Assembly: GCA_964534415.1 (NCBI GenBank)
Contig: CAZHOL010000004.1
Coordinates: forward strand, 1-45,116
Length of the DNA stretch: 45,116 bases
Reading direction: 5' to 3'
From: an uncultured Candidatus Saccharibacteria bacterium
GTDB taxonomy: Bacteria; Patescibacteriota; Minisyncoccia; Phycocordibacterales; JAACPR01
The position numbers were made by a program, and so were the translations under genes. Positions within the stretch are counted from its first letter, which is position 1; every line of letters starts with the position of its first letter. The notes under the pieces are model-generated. The model was not told the DNA's origin. It saw nothing but the letters and a program-made list of their open reading frames with translations, and ran no database searches. Below are positions 27,327 to 35,993 of the stretch, piece after piece.

Positions 27327-27346
27327 ATGTAAATCTGAATGCGGTT

Positions 27347-27375
27347 ACTTTATCACAGTTTATGCGGTTTGACAA
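27347..27375 (-). promoter_or_regulatory. tRNA-Gln promoter TTGTCA-17-TAAAGT
   Basis: Minus strand reads TTGTCAaaccgcataaactgtgaTAAAGT, 20 nt upstream of the tRNA 5' end. Confidence 0.55.
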
Positions 27376-27396
27376 AAAGATTTGGTGGAATATAAT
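27369..27396 (+). promoter_or_regulatory. Promoter TTGACA-16-TATAAT, back-to-back with the tRNA-Gln promoter (the -35 boxes overlap)
   Basis: TTGACAaaaagatttggtggaaTATAAT read directly. The palindrome-like TTTGACAAA serves both strands. Confidence 0.6.
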
Positions 27397-27402
27397 TGTG
27401 GT

Positions 27403-27476
27403 GTTGACTTTGGCATTCTGCGCAAAGCAGGACAGTCCGGCTGAGAAATCCCACCTAATGGTGGGATTTCGTTTTT
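27403..27476 (+). ncRNA. Candidate small RNA (~75 nt) with its own promoter and terminator
   Basis: Lies between the promoter at 27369-27396 and the terminator at 27445-27476. Internal hairpin UUCUGC-GCAAA-GCAGGA. No plus-strand ORF or gene follows. Confidence 0.35.
27445..27476 (+). terminator. Intrinsic terminator oriented for the plus strand; its T-run overlaps the ROK stop codon
   Basis: GAAATCCCACC-taat-GGTGGGATTTC, an 11-bp stem, followed by GTTTTT. Confidence 0.7.
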
Positions 27477-28284
27477 ATTTCCCCTTCATTTTTAAATACG
27501 CAAACCCTCCATAAATTCCGCCGATAGAACCAAGCTCCGCGATTTTCAAATCCGGCAAGGTTGGGTGAACTTTCATCAGAATCGCCAATTTTTTGGAGAT
27601 TCGTTCCGCGCTGAAATCTCGAGACATAGATCCGCCGAGCACTACCACCTCTGGCGACCAATGCAGAATTGAATTGTATACACCGACCGCAGTGTTGGTC
27701 TCGATCACTTCCCAAGCATCGGTTTGTGCCACCTTTTTTGGTGCCATTCCAAATTTTTTCTCTACCGCTGTGCCAGAACATAAATCTTCAAAAGTCGCAC
27801 CTGTCTCGTTATTCAAAATCTGATGTCCAGGTTCGAATCCAAATTTATTATGTTCAAATTCCCCGTTCACGATTTTCACACCACCAATACCAGTACTGAT
27901 TGTCATGTAGACAACATTTTTATAACCACGGCCTGCGCCAGCAACTGCTTCACCCAAACCAACAATCGCTGTATCGTTTTCGATGAGTACCTCGGTATTG
28001 AGTGCCCTCTCCAATTTTTCTTTCAACGGAATTTTTTCCCAGTCGCCGAGATGTGGAGATTTCACAATCATTGAGTGTTGTTCATTCAACACACCCGCAA
28101 TTCCGATCGCCACTGCACGAATTGGTCCACCATTTGCCATTCGCAAAATAGTTTCAATCAGTAATTGAATTCCGTCAGCCGGTCTTTTAGGAGTTGGTTC
28201 AATAATCGGTTCGTCAAATTTCACCAAATCGTCAGATCGAGCGATTCTCATTTGTGTTCCACCAATGTCACATGCAAAGTACAT
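27475..28284 (-). CDS. ROK family sugar kinase (glucokinase-like)
   Basis: CDIGGTQMRIA, ENDTAIVGLGEA, TISTGIGGV. 269 aa. Confidence 0.85.
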   Translation of the reverse strand: MYFACDIGGTQMRIARSDDLVKFDEPIIEPTPKRPADGIQLLIETILRMANGGPIRAVAIGIAGVLNEQHSMIVKSPHLGDWEKIPLKEKLERALNTEVLIENDTAIVGLGEAVAGAGRGYKNVVYMTISTGIGGVKIVNGEFEHNKFGFEPGHQILNNETGATFEDLCSGTAVEKKFGMAPKKVAQTDAWEVIETNTAVGVYNSILHWSPEVVVLGGSMSRDFSAERISKKLAILMKVHPTLPDLKIAELGSIGGIYGGFAYLKMKGK

Positions 28285-28296
28285 ATAAATATTATA

Positions 28297-29304
28297 TCAC
28301 TTTTTAAAAATCTCTTTTCCAAATTCCCAAAATTCTGGATGTTCATTTTTCTTCATCCAATACCACCACTCTGCTCCCCACAAATATTGTTTTTCAAATC
28401 GCGTATTTTCCGCATACTTCAAAATTTCTCCCATTTTTTTCAAATCCATTCTATCGAGCTGTGTTTCAATTGGAACCTCCGCGACTGATTTAATTAACCA
28501 AGGCTCGAGCGATAATTCAATGAGAAAAGTCTCCTTCTTGCCGAGCAACAACTGCATTAAATTTGCTTTGGCACGATAGAATGCAGATGGCAAAAGAGTT
28601 TTAAATCTTCCTAACTCCGGATTCCAGAAATATAAATAGACCGAAGTTCCAAACGCATCACCCCTCTTGTATGGACCAAACCATGTACCCAAATTTCCGC
28701 TGTCGGTTATCAACACTTTTCTTGAAGGATCCAATTCACGCACCAAAGCAATTTCTTTATCCAAAAATTCTACATCCAAATTTCCACAATGTTCATTCGC
28801 AAAAGCATTCAGGAATGGCTCATTTTCAACTTGCCAATATTTTATGGCATCATATTTTTTGTATCGATTCACCACAATCTCCAAATACTCGAGAACCTCC
28901 TCCTGCCATTGCGAGTCATTAAATCTCTCTGCCCATTCCGGAATGTGACATTCTGGCCATCTAGGCAATCTTCGCCCGACACCAAAAATGACTTCGGCCC
29001 CGCGCTTTTGGGCTTCAATAATTTGGAAGTCCATTTCCTCGAAATTATATTTATCTTTTTCTGGTTCAATAATTGGCCAGTGCGCAGATAGTCGCAAATG
29101 ACGTACCCCGAGATCATCTAGAATCGCGAGATAGACTTCTTTCCAATCCAAATTAATTTCGCGCGCGTACGGAACGTTGAATGACATGCCGTAAATTATT
29201 TTTTCTGGAACACTTTTTTTAGACAAAATCATCATAATCACAATCAAAAGAACAATCGCGCCGATGAAAACTTTCAAAAATGTTTTGAGAATTTTTTTAA
29301 TCAT
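28297..29304 (-). CDS. Membrane-anchored clan GH-A glycoside hydrolase (GH5/GH42-like)
   Basis: N-terminal TM anchor. RLSAHWPIIEP and YWQVENEPF (NEP acid/base motif). 335 aa. Confidence 0.65.
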   Translation of the reverse strand: MIKKILKTFLKVFIGAIVLLIVIMMILSKKSVPEKIIYGMSFNVPYAREINLDWKEVYLAILDDLGVRHLRLSAHWPIIEPEKDKYNFEEMDFQIIEAQKRGAEVIFGVGRRLPRWPECHIPEWAERFNDSQWQEEVLEYLEIVVNRYKKYDAIKYWQVENEPFLNAFANEHCGNLDVEFLDKEIALVRELDPSRKVLITDSGNLGTWFGPYKRGDAFGTSVYLYFWNPELGRFKTLLPSAFYRAKANLMQLLLGKKETFLIELSLEPWLIKSVAEVPIETQLDRMDLKKMGEILKYAENTRFEKQYLWGAEWWYWMKKNEHPEFWEFGKEIFKK

Positions 29305-29307
29305 GTT

Positions 29308-30246
29308 CTATACAAATACAAAAAACAATCCTGCCGCAATTATCGCCGCGGCGATTCCTTTGTGAACAATTTCCAATATTCCGCCATTTTCACCAAAATG
29401 TACATGCGTAATTCGACCGAACAACGCAGAGAAGATAATCAGGAACAAAAATTGCACGCCTCCAATCGCCTGAACTATTGCAACACTTCCCAACTGTACC
29501 GCCTTCAATGTCATGATGCTCGCCAATCCCGCCATCATTTTGATTCCCAAAACATACGCGCTGGCTTTGGGTTTCGATACAACTCTATTTTGAAGCTTTC
29601 TGAAGATTCGGCGACGATACATAGGCAGAGAGATCACCAATAGTGCCGCGACAACCAATCCAATTCGAGTATATAGAAATCCTGAATCAAAATTCGTCAA
29701 ATCAAAAATGTGTTTTGTTAAAGCATAATATGCCGCGAAAGCAAAACCGGACAACAACGTGTGAAGAATTAAAACTTTATCAAATTTGAGATGAGAAACT
29801 AAAACAGTACCGAGGGCTAGCAAGAAAAAACCAATCAGCTTGTCTTCTGAAAAACTATCGTGCAAAAATAGATACTCAAACAAAATTGTTCCAATCGCTG
29901 CGATTGACGTCACAACAGGCACAGCATCGGATGCGTCTGTTTTCGAAAAAGCTTCATACAAATTCACGAGTGCGATGAACATTAAAAACCCAGACAACAA
30001 ACACAGACCGATTAGCACAATGTCTGGCCTCACCAAATTATCAAACGAAGGTATCGCGATTCCACGAGGCAACTTGACCCAATCAAAAAAGAACACGCCG
30101 ACCGAAAGAGACGATAGAATTGAAACATAAAATGCATATGAGAACGGATGCAAAACCGTTTTCGAAGTCACAACGTATTTATCAAGGATCGCAACAACTG
30201 CGTTGATGATTTGTGCACCAATTGCGAGTAGTAACCAGATTTCCAT
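29308..30246 (-). CDS. DMT/EamA-like transporter
   Basis: 312 aa with about 10 hydrophobic helices arranged as two similar halves. Confidence 0.7.
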   Translation of the reverse strand: MEIWLLLAIGAQIINAVVAILDKYVVTSKTVLHPFSYAFYVSILSSLSVGVFFFDWVKLPRGIAIPSFDNLVRPDIVLIGLCLLSGFLMFIALVNLYEAFSKTDASDAVPVVTSIAAIGTILFEYLFLHDSFSEDKLIGFFLLALGTVLVSHLKFDKVLILHTLLSGFAFAAYYALTKHIFDLTNFDSGFLYTRIGLVVAALLVISLPMYRRRIFRKLQNRVVSKPKASAYVLGIKMMAGLASIMTLKAVQLGSVAIVQAIGGVQFLFLIIFSALFGRITHVHFGENGGILEIVHKGIAAAIIAAGLFFVFV

Positions 30247-30250
30247 TCCT

Positions 30251-31411
30251 CTATTCTATCGTTAAAGCGTTGCTTTCACAAATAGTTTTATATACATATG
30301 CAGATTCTCGTGGAATTCTTTTTAAAGTTTTCGGCTCGATGTGCACCATTCCAAATTCTTGAGTGTATCCGGCGGCCCATTCAAAATTGTCAGCGAATGA
30401 CCAATACATAAATCCACGCAAATCCAAGCCTTTTTGTAATGCATTATGTGCCCACAAGACGAGCCCCCTGATGTATTTGGGGCGCATGCTGTCAGCGCGA
30501 TCTGCGATGCCCGCCTCTGTGACGTACACAGGTTTTTTGTATCGCTTGAGGTCGATTAGGACGTGATAGAGGCCACTAGGGTCAAAATCCCAGCCGAAAT
30601 CATTTTTTGGAAGCCCCAGCGAGCGACCGAGATGTGAGTGGAAATAATAATTGAGACCGATGTGATCACATTTTTTGTGCACAGCATTCAAGAATCTGCG
30701 ATTCCAAAACCATCTCATGAATTTCGCTGCGACCCAGTTCCACGGCTTCCAATCCGAAGAAAAATGCATGTTGTTTTTAACGACGCCGAGATTGATTTGC
30801 GGAATTTCTTTTTTGATTTTTGAGTACGCAAGATTGTGCGAACGAATCAAATTTTTGATAACACGCAAAAATGCAAAATAATTTTTCTTGAAGGGTGGCC
30901 ACTGCCCGTTTCTATAACCGTTGCTCGAAAAAACCATCGGTTCGTTCATGGTGTCGAACATATCAGCGTATTCATGCAAATGTTTTGTGACAAATTGTGC
31001 GTAACGCGCGAAAATTTCTGACGACCGTCGATTTGCAAAACCTCCCATGTCAGAAAACCAAACAGGAATTGTGAAATGCCACAATGTCACCATCGATTTC
31101 AAACCTCGCTCGTGCATTGCGGTGAGGACTTTTTTGTAGTGTTCGATTTCGGCGAGATCGAATTTCCCTTCTTCAGGTTCTATGCGAGACCATTCAATAG
31201 AGATTCGGTGGGCGTTGTGCCCGAGCGATTTTGCTAAATCAAAATCCTCTGCATAGCGATTGTAGTGATCTGTCGATTCGCCAGCTGATGGGACTTTACC
31301 TAATCTGGATGCCTCTGCCCAATCATTGTTGTAAATTCCTCCCTCCACCTGATATGAAGCGCTGGCCGCGCCCCATAGAAAATTTTCTGGAAATTTTAGA
31401 ATTTGTTTCAT
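30251..31411 (-). CDS. GH1 beta-glucosidase
   Basis: FLWGAASASYQVEGG, TMNEPMVF (acid/base), YVTEAGIAD (nucleophile). Start set at MKQILKF, with TGtTATAAT 6 nt upstream. Confidence 0.87.
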   Translation of the reverse strand: MKQILKFPENFLWGAASASYQVEGGIYNNDWAEASRLGKVPSAGESTDHYNRYAEDFDLAKSLGHNAHRISIEWSRIEPEEGKFDLAEIEHYKKVLTAMHERGLKSMVTLWHFTIPVWFSDMGGFANRRSSEIFARYAQFVTKHLHEYADMFDTMNEPMVFSSNGYRNGQWPPFKKNYFAFLRVIKNLIRSHNLAYSKIKKEIPQINLGVVKNNMHFSSDWKPWNWVAAKFMRWFWNRRFLNAVHKKCDHIGLNYYFHSHLGRSLGLPKNDFGWDFDPSGLYHVLIDLKRYKKPVYVTEAGIADRADSMRPKYIRGLVLWAHNALQKGLDLRGFMYWSFADNFEWAAGYTQEFGMVHIEPKTLKRIPRESAYVYKTICESNALTIE

Positions 31412-31454
31412 GGGAATATTATAACAAAATAAAACTTGCACAAATTTGAGTAAT

Positions 31455-31480
31455 AAAAAAAGCTGCATTAGGGGCAGCTT
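31455..31480 (-). terminator. Intrinsic terminator of cassette A
   Basis: Minus strand AAGCTGC-ccctaat-GCAGCTT followed by TTTTTTT, 11 nt after the stop. Confidence 0.7.
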
Positions 31481-31490
31481 CCCATCGTTT

Positions 31491-31685
31491 TCATGCGGTT
31501 CGAGGACGGACAGCCACACAGTCTTGCGGTGGTCTTCCGTCGAACACGAATTCGCAAGGTTGTGTCTCTCCAGTTTTTTGTCTGGACTCGACTTGTTCCA
31601 GCACATCATCGAACCTGGTTCGTTCTCCCGGTCGTGCACAACGTGCGAACAGAGCGGGCCAACGTTTACCGTGCTCGTTAGTCAT
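31491..31685 (-). CDS. Hypothetical 64-aa protein (GC-rich cassette A)
   Basis: Strong SD GAGAGGAAGGTGA 7 nt upstream of the ATG, with its own promoter and terminator. No family recognised. Several frames are open, so a structured-RNA alternative is not excluded. Confidence 0.4.
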   Translation of the reverse strand: MTNEHGKRWPALFARCARPGERTRFDDVLEQVESRQKTGETQPCEFVFDGRPPQDCVAVRPRTA

Positions 31686-31730
31686 CTTGAATCACCTTCC
31701 TCTCGTGTTATAAGTTGTTCTCCTTGCAAA

Positions 31731-31759
31731 ACTTTACACAAAGCCCCATAATAATGCAA
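31731..31759 (-). promoter_or_regulatory. Promoter of cassette A, TTGCAT-17-TAAAGT
   Basis: Minus strand TTGCATtattatggggctttgtgTAAAGT, immediately after the pyrG stop. Confidence 0.5.
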
Positions 31760-31761
31760 CC

Positions 31762-33408
31762 CTATTTCTTCCCCAAAATCACTTTCATAAATTCACTAAA
31801 CAACGGGTGCGGCGACAATGGTCGTGCCAAAAATTCTGGGTGAAATTGTGTACCGAGCATGAATGGATGTTTTGATTTTGGAAGTTCGGCAATTTCCATC
31901 AACTTTCCATCAGGTGAAGTTCCAGAAAAAACCAAACCCGCGTCGACTAACTGATCGATGAAATTCGGATTAACTTCATATCGATGACGATGTCTCTCAA
32001 CAATTTCCGCTGTGCCATATGCAGACCGTGCGATAGTTCCCTCTTTCAATTTACAAACATATGAACCGAGGCGCATAGATCCGCCGTAATCTTTGTCTTC
32101 CAATTTCTTTTTCTGGTCTGGCATAATGTCGATGACATTTTCTGCATGATCAGGACGAATTTCTGCAGTATGCGCATCAATTCCCAAAACATTTCTGGCA
32201 TATTCAATCACCAACAATTGCATTCCATAACACAAACCAAAATACGGAATCTTATTTTCTCGGGCAAATTTTATGACAGCAATTTTTCCTTCAATTCCCT
32301 TTTCACCGAATCCTCCTGGGACAATGATTCCGTCGAAGTCTTTCAGTTCTTTGACCTTCGCAGGATTTTCATCATAGACTTTTGAATTTATCCAAGTCAA
32401 TTCCGGTTTCGCACCGAATTTGTACGCAGAATATTTTATGGCTTCAATGACAGAATAGTACGAGTCGGCCAAAACAAAATCTCCTGTATCAAAATATTTT
32501 CCGACCACAGCGATTTTGACTTTCTTTTCTGCAGTCTGTCTACTCTTTACGAAAGCTCGCCACTTTTTCAAATCTGGTTTTCTATGGGTCAGCCCGAGCG
32601 CACGCGTAATCATTTTCCCGATCTCATCTTTTTCAAAGTTCAACGGCACATCATAGATACTGTCGATGTCGGGCGCAGAGATAACATTTTCCTTCAAAAT
32701 ATTACAGGTGTTTGCTAATTTTTCTTTTCGTTTATCATCGAGCGCAATTTCACTTCTGGCAACGATGAAGTCAGCATTAATCCCGTACGAATTCAATTGT
32801 CGTGCGGCATTTTGTGTCGGTCGAGTTTTCATTTCTCCTAATTTTCCTGGCACCGGCAAATATGAAACCATAATAAACAAGACATCTTGCGGATATTTCA
32901 GTTTAAGAACGCGAGCGGCTTCCATAAAAAGAGCGTTTTGATAGTCACCAATAGTTCCTCCAATTTCAATCAGCGTAATATCAGACCCTTCGATCGCGCC
33001 GATCTTTTTGTAACGTGCGAGAATTTCATCGCGAATGTCTGGGATAGCTTCAATACATTTTCCGCCGTATCCAAGACTGCGCTCTTTGTCGATGACATGT
33101 TTATAAATCATTCCGCTCGTCATGTAATTTTGCGGAGCTAAATCCTGATTTAAAAATCGCTCGTAGTTTCCCATATCCTGATCTGTCTCGAGTCCAGAAT
33201 TCATGACGAAAACTTCACCATGCTCTGTCGGATTCATCGTACCAGCGTCCACATTTAAATAAGGATCAACCTTTGCGAGGTTGACCTGATATCCCATAGA
33301 CTGCAAAATTGTTCCTATTGAAGCTGTTGTAATTCCCTTTCCGACTCCCGACATCACTCCACCCGCCACGAAAATATATTTATGATTTTTCTTTCTGCGC
33401 GCTGCCAT
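31762..33408 (-). CDS. pyrG: CTP synthase
   Basis: GGVMSGVGKG N-terminal synthetase, GLCYGMQ and HPEF glutamine amidotransferase motifs. 548 aa. Confidence 0.95.
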   Translation of the reverse strand: MAARRKKNHKYIFVAGGVMSGVGKGITTASIGTILQSMGYQVNLAKVDPYLNVDAGTMNPTEHGEVFVMNSGLETDQDMGNYERFLNQDLAPQNYMTSGMIYKHVIDKERSLGYGGKCIEAIPDIRDEILARYKKIGAIEGSDITLIEIGGTIGDYQNALFMEAARVLKLKYPQDVLFIMVSYLPVPGKLGEMKTRPTQNAARQLNSYGINADFIVARSEIALDDKRKEKLANTCNILKENVISAPDIDSIYDVPLNFEKDEIGKMITRALGLTHRKPDLKKWRAFVKSRQTAEKKVKIAVVGKYFDTGDFVLADSYYSVIEAIKYSAYKFGAKPELTWINSKVYDENPAKVKELKDFDGIIVPGGFGEKGIEGKIAVIKFARENKIPYFGLCYGMQLLVIEYARNVLGIDAHTAEIRPDHAENVIDIMPDQKKKLEDKDYGGSMRLGSYVCKLKEGTIARSAYGTAEIVERHRHRYEVNPNFIDQLVDAGLVFSGTSPDGKLMEIAELPKSKHPFMLGTQFHPEFLARPLSPHPLFSEFMKVILGKK

Positions 33409-33409
33409 G

Positions 33410-34333
33410 TTATTTTTTAATGTATCTATTAATTGCTAACAAACTCGACAAAGAACCAACGATAATTCCCGAAAGGAAAACGATGACAAACAATTCTCCA
33501 AAATTGGACAAATAATATTTGAAGACATTCATGTCAAAAAATATTGGAGCGATTTTTGGTCCAACCCAATATGTAATCGGATATAGGATTATGAGGACAA
33601 ATATTGCAGAGACAATTCCATACATTGCTCCTGTGACCATGAATGGTCCGCTAATGTACGAATTGTCAGCACCAACGAGATTCATCACCTTTATTTCATC
33701 TCGAGAAATAAACATTGCGAGACGAATTGTGTTCAAGGTAATCAAAATAGAGAGCAATATGAACACAAAAGTAATCATTGCGCCGAATTTTTCTCCTGCC
33801 TTAATTATTGTATTCAACCTATCAATTGCAATTTTCTTTTTAGCGTAATTGACATTGTCGACAATTGAATCTGGACTGTCTGTTCTATAATTTTGTTCGA
33901 GGAAGTTTTGAATGCTTTCATAATGATCAGGATTTTTTGCACGCACATTCAAAGTTGCACCAAATGGATTTTCAGAAAGCTCGTCTAATGCTGAAAGTAT
34001 TTTTTGATCATCAGCGTGTCGCTCACGATAATTCTTTAACACATTTTCTTTGCTGATGTATTCGACTGACTCAACCTCTGGTAGCGCCTGCAAAGATTTC
34101 TGCAATAGCAAAGCATCATCTTCAAATGCTGTTGGATACAAATTAACATTCACATCTACTTTTTCTTTCAAACCTTGCAAAGTATTGTCGAGCAACGCGC
34201 TTGTGAAAATCACAGACGAAATGATGAGGAGTGTGACAGACATAACGAGCACTGCAGAGAGCGACACAACTCCATTTCTCCAAAAATTCACAAACCCTGT
34301 TCGCAATATTCTTTTAAAGTTTATCCAAATCAT
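33410..34333 (-). CDS. ftsX: Cell-division ABC transporter permease FtsX
   Basis: 307 aa. TM1, a large extracytoplasmic loop, then three C-terminal TMs. Directly follows ftsE. Confidence 0.87.
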   Translation of the reverse strand: MIWINFKRILRTGFVNFWRNGVVSLSAVLVMSVTLLIISSVIFTSALLDNTLQGLKEKVDVNVNLYPTAFEDDALLLQKSLQALPEVESVEYISKENVLKNYRERHADDQKILSALDELSENPFGATLNVRAKNPDHYESIQNFLEQNYRTDSPDSIVDNVNYAKKKIAIDRLNTIIKAGEKFGAMITFVFILLSILITLNTIRLAMFISRDEIKVMNLVGADNSYISGPFMVTGAMYGIVSAIFVLIILYPITYWVGPKIAPIFFDMNVFKYYLSNFGELFVIVFLSGIIVGSLSSLLAINRYIKK

Positions 34334-34351
34334 TTTTATATTATACTAGAT

Positions 34352-35020
34352 TTAATTATTTTTTTCGTCTTTAATAATGCGACCATTTTCCATCGTAATT
34401 ACTCGACTTCCTAGTTCGGCAACAACACCAGTGTTATGTGTAGTTAGAATAACAGTCGTGCCCAAATCATTGATTTTCTTCAGGATTTGAACAATTTCAT
34501 AAGTGTTCACAGGATCTAGATTTCCTGTTGGCTCATCGGCAATAATGACGTCCGGCTGATTAACAATTGCGCGAGCAATCGCAACCCTCTGCTGTTCTCC
34601 ACCTGATAATTCATGCGGGAAGTTTGCGTGTTTCCCCTCCAATCCAACCAATTGCAAAACGTGCGGTACATCTGCTGCGATTTCAGAATCGTGTCTACCA
34701 GCTACCTCCATGGCAAAAGCAATATTCTCGTAAACTGTTTTATTCGGTAACAATCTAAAATCCTGAAATATTGTTCCAATTTTTCTGCGCAACTTTTTAA
34801 CTTCTCTCTTTTTCAGTTTATGAATTTCTCGAGATTCAAAATACACGGACCCAGTAGTTGGTTGTTCCTCTGCCAAAATTAATTTTATTAAAGTAGTTTT
34901 CCCCGCACCAGAGTGACCAACAATAGAGACGAATTCTTTGGGAGCAATTTTCAGACTAATGTCCTCCAAAGCCTTGGTGTTGTCACTATAAATTTTTGTT
35001 ACGAGGTCAAAGTAAATCAT
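34352..35020 (-). CDS. ftsE: Cell-division ABC transporter ATPase FtsE
   Basis: GHSGAGKTT, LSGGEQQRVAIARA, VIIADEPTGNLD. 222 aa. Confidence 0.92.
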   Translation of the reverse strand: MIYFDLVTKIYSDNTKALEDISLKIAPKEFVSIVGHSGAGKTTLIKLILAEEQPTTGSVYFESREIHKLKKREVKKLRRKIGTIFQDFRLLPNKTVYENIAFAMEVAGRHDSEIAADVPHVLQLVGLEGKHANFPHELSGGEQQRVAIARAIVNQPDVIIADEPTGNLDPVNTYEIVQILKKINDLGTTVILTTHNTGVVAELGSRVITMENGRIIKDEKNN

Positions 35021-35027
35021 TTCCTCT

Positions 35028-35903
35028 CTATTTTTTCATAGATTCTATGAAGATGTCAATTTCTCCAGCCAGTACACCATTAATATCTGAAGTTTCAACC
35101 TTGGTTCGATGATCTTTGACCAGTTTGTACGGATGCATTACGTATGAGCGGATTTGGCTTCCCCATTCTGCGCTGGTGGTTTTGGAGATAGACATACCAG
35201 ATTGATGGGCTTCCTCCTCTGATTTTCGCAATGCGAATAATTTTCCTTTCAAAATTTCCAAAGCTTTTTCTTTGTTTTGTGCCTGACTACGTTCGTTACT
35301 TACGAATGCCGAAAGTTTTGTGGCTTTGTGGATGACGCGAACTGCAGTTTCTCTTTTGTTGACGTTTTGTCCACCTGGGCCGGATGCCTTGGTGAACTCA
35401 ACTTCAATCTCATCTGGCGAAATTTTTATGGAGTCATCAGATTTATCGAATTGAGGGACAACTTCGACCATAGAGAATGAAGTTTGCCTCTTGGCCGCCG
35501 CATTGAAAGGAGAAATTCTCACCAGTCGGTGAACGCCAGATTCGTGTTTCAAATTTCCGTAGGCATTTTTGCCAACGATTTCAAATGTCGCCGTTCGATA
35601 TCCACCATTATCATTTTTGTTTTCATACAAAAAATTAATCAAATAGTTGTGCTTCTCTGCATATTTGGAATACATATTCAAAAGAATCGCCGACCAGTCC
35701 TCGGCATCGTCACCTCCAACTCCAGAAAAAATCGTCACGACAGCGTTACCTTTGTCGTATTTTCCTATACCCTCGAGTGAATCTTTCAAATCCTGCATTT
35801 CGCGAATTTTTGATTGTGCCAAATTTTTATCATTCCAAAAATCTGCCTGCATCATGGCGTTTTCGATTTCAGAGATTTTCTTTTGAATTTCGTCTTTATT
35901 CAT
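35028..35903 (-). CDS. prfB: Peptide chain release factor 2 (short form, single ORF, no frameshift site)
   Basis: SPF tripeptide (RISPFNAAAKRQTSF), GGQ (SGPGGQNVNK). Start set at MNKDEIQ; the tracked N-terminal extension is a translated tRNA gene. Confidence 0.9.
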   Translation of the reverse strand: MNKDEIQKKISEIENAMMQADFWNDKNLAQSKIREMQDLKDSLEGIGKYDKGNAVVTIFSGVGGDDAEDWSAILLNMYSKYAEKHNYLINFLYENKNDNGGYRTATFEIVGKNAYGNLKHESGVHRLVRISPFNAAAKRQTSFSMVEVVPQFDKSDDSIKISPDEIEVEFTKASGPGGQNVNKRETAVRVIHKATKLSAFVSNERSQAQNKEKALEILKGKLFALRKSEEEAHQSGMSISKTTSAEWGSQIRSYVMHPYKLVKDHRTKVETSDINGVLAGEIDIFIESMKK

Positions 35904-35905
35904 CT

Positions 35906-35981
35906 TGGAGCCAATAACCGGGATTGAACCGGTGACCTCGCCCTTACCAAGGACGTGCTCTACCAACTGAGCTATATTGGC
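35906..35981 (-). tRNA. tRNA-Thr (anticodon GGT), with encoded CCA
   Basis: Manual cloverleaf: acceptor GCCAATA/TATTGGC, anticodon arm CGTCC-TTGGTAA-GGGCG, T arm CACCGG-TTCAATC-CCGGT, 3' TCCA. Confidence 0.92.
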
Positions 35982-35993
35982 AATTATCAAACT

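Noticed and set aside
27403-27476. Identification of the small-RNA candidate as SRP RNA or a TPP riboswitch
   Set aside because: It contains AGCAGG, GUCCGG and CUGAGA strings reminiscent of those RNAs. However, the order and pairing do not reproduce the SRP domain IV hairpin with a GNRA loop or the THI-box, and no regulated gene follows. It is left as an unclassified candidate.
31412-31639. 76-codon N-terminal extension of the GH1 ORF, and the overlapping frames at 31446-31751
   Set aside because: GH1 homology starts at MKQILKFPENFLWGAASASYQVEGG, with a TGtTATAAT box 6 nt upstream. The extension runs through cassette A in another frame and through its terminator.
35904-35990. N-terminal extension of the tracked prfB ORF (MIIANIAQLVEHVLGKGEVTGSIPVIGSK...)
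   Set aside because: This stretch is the tRNA-Thr(GGT) gene read as protein. The real start is the ATG at 35903 (MNKDEIQ).
35028-35990. Programmed +1 frameshift in prfB
   Set aside because: I looked for an upstream short frame ending in a CTT TGA-type site. The gene is a single ORF, and the tRNA gene occupies the space where a first frame would lie.
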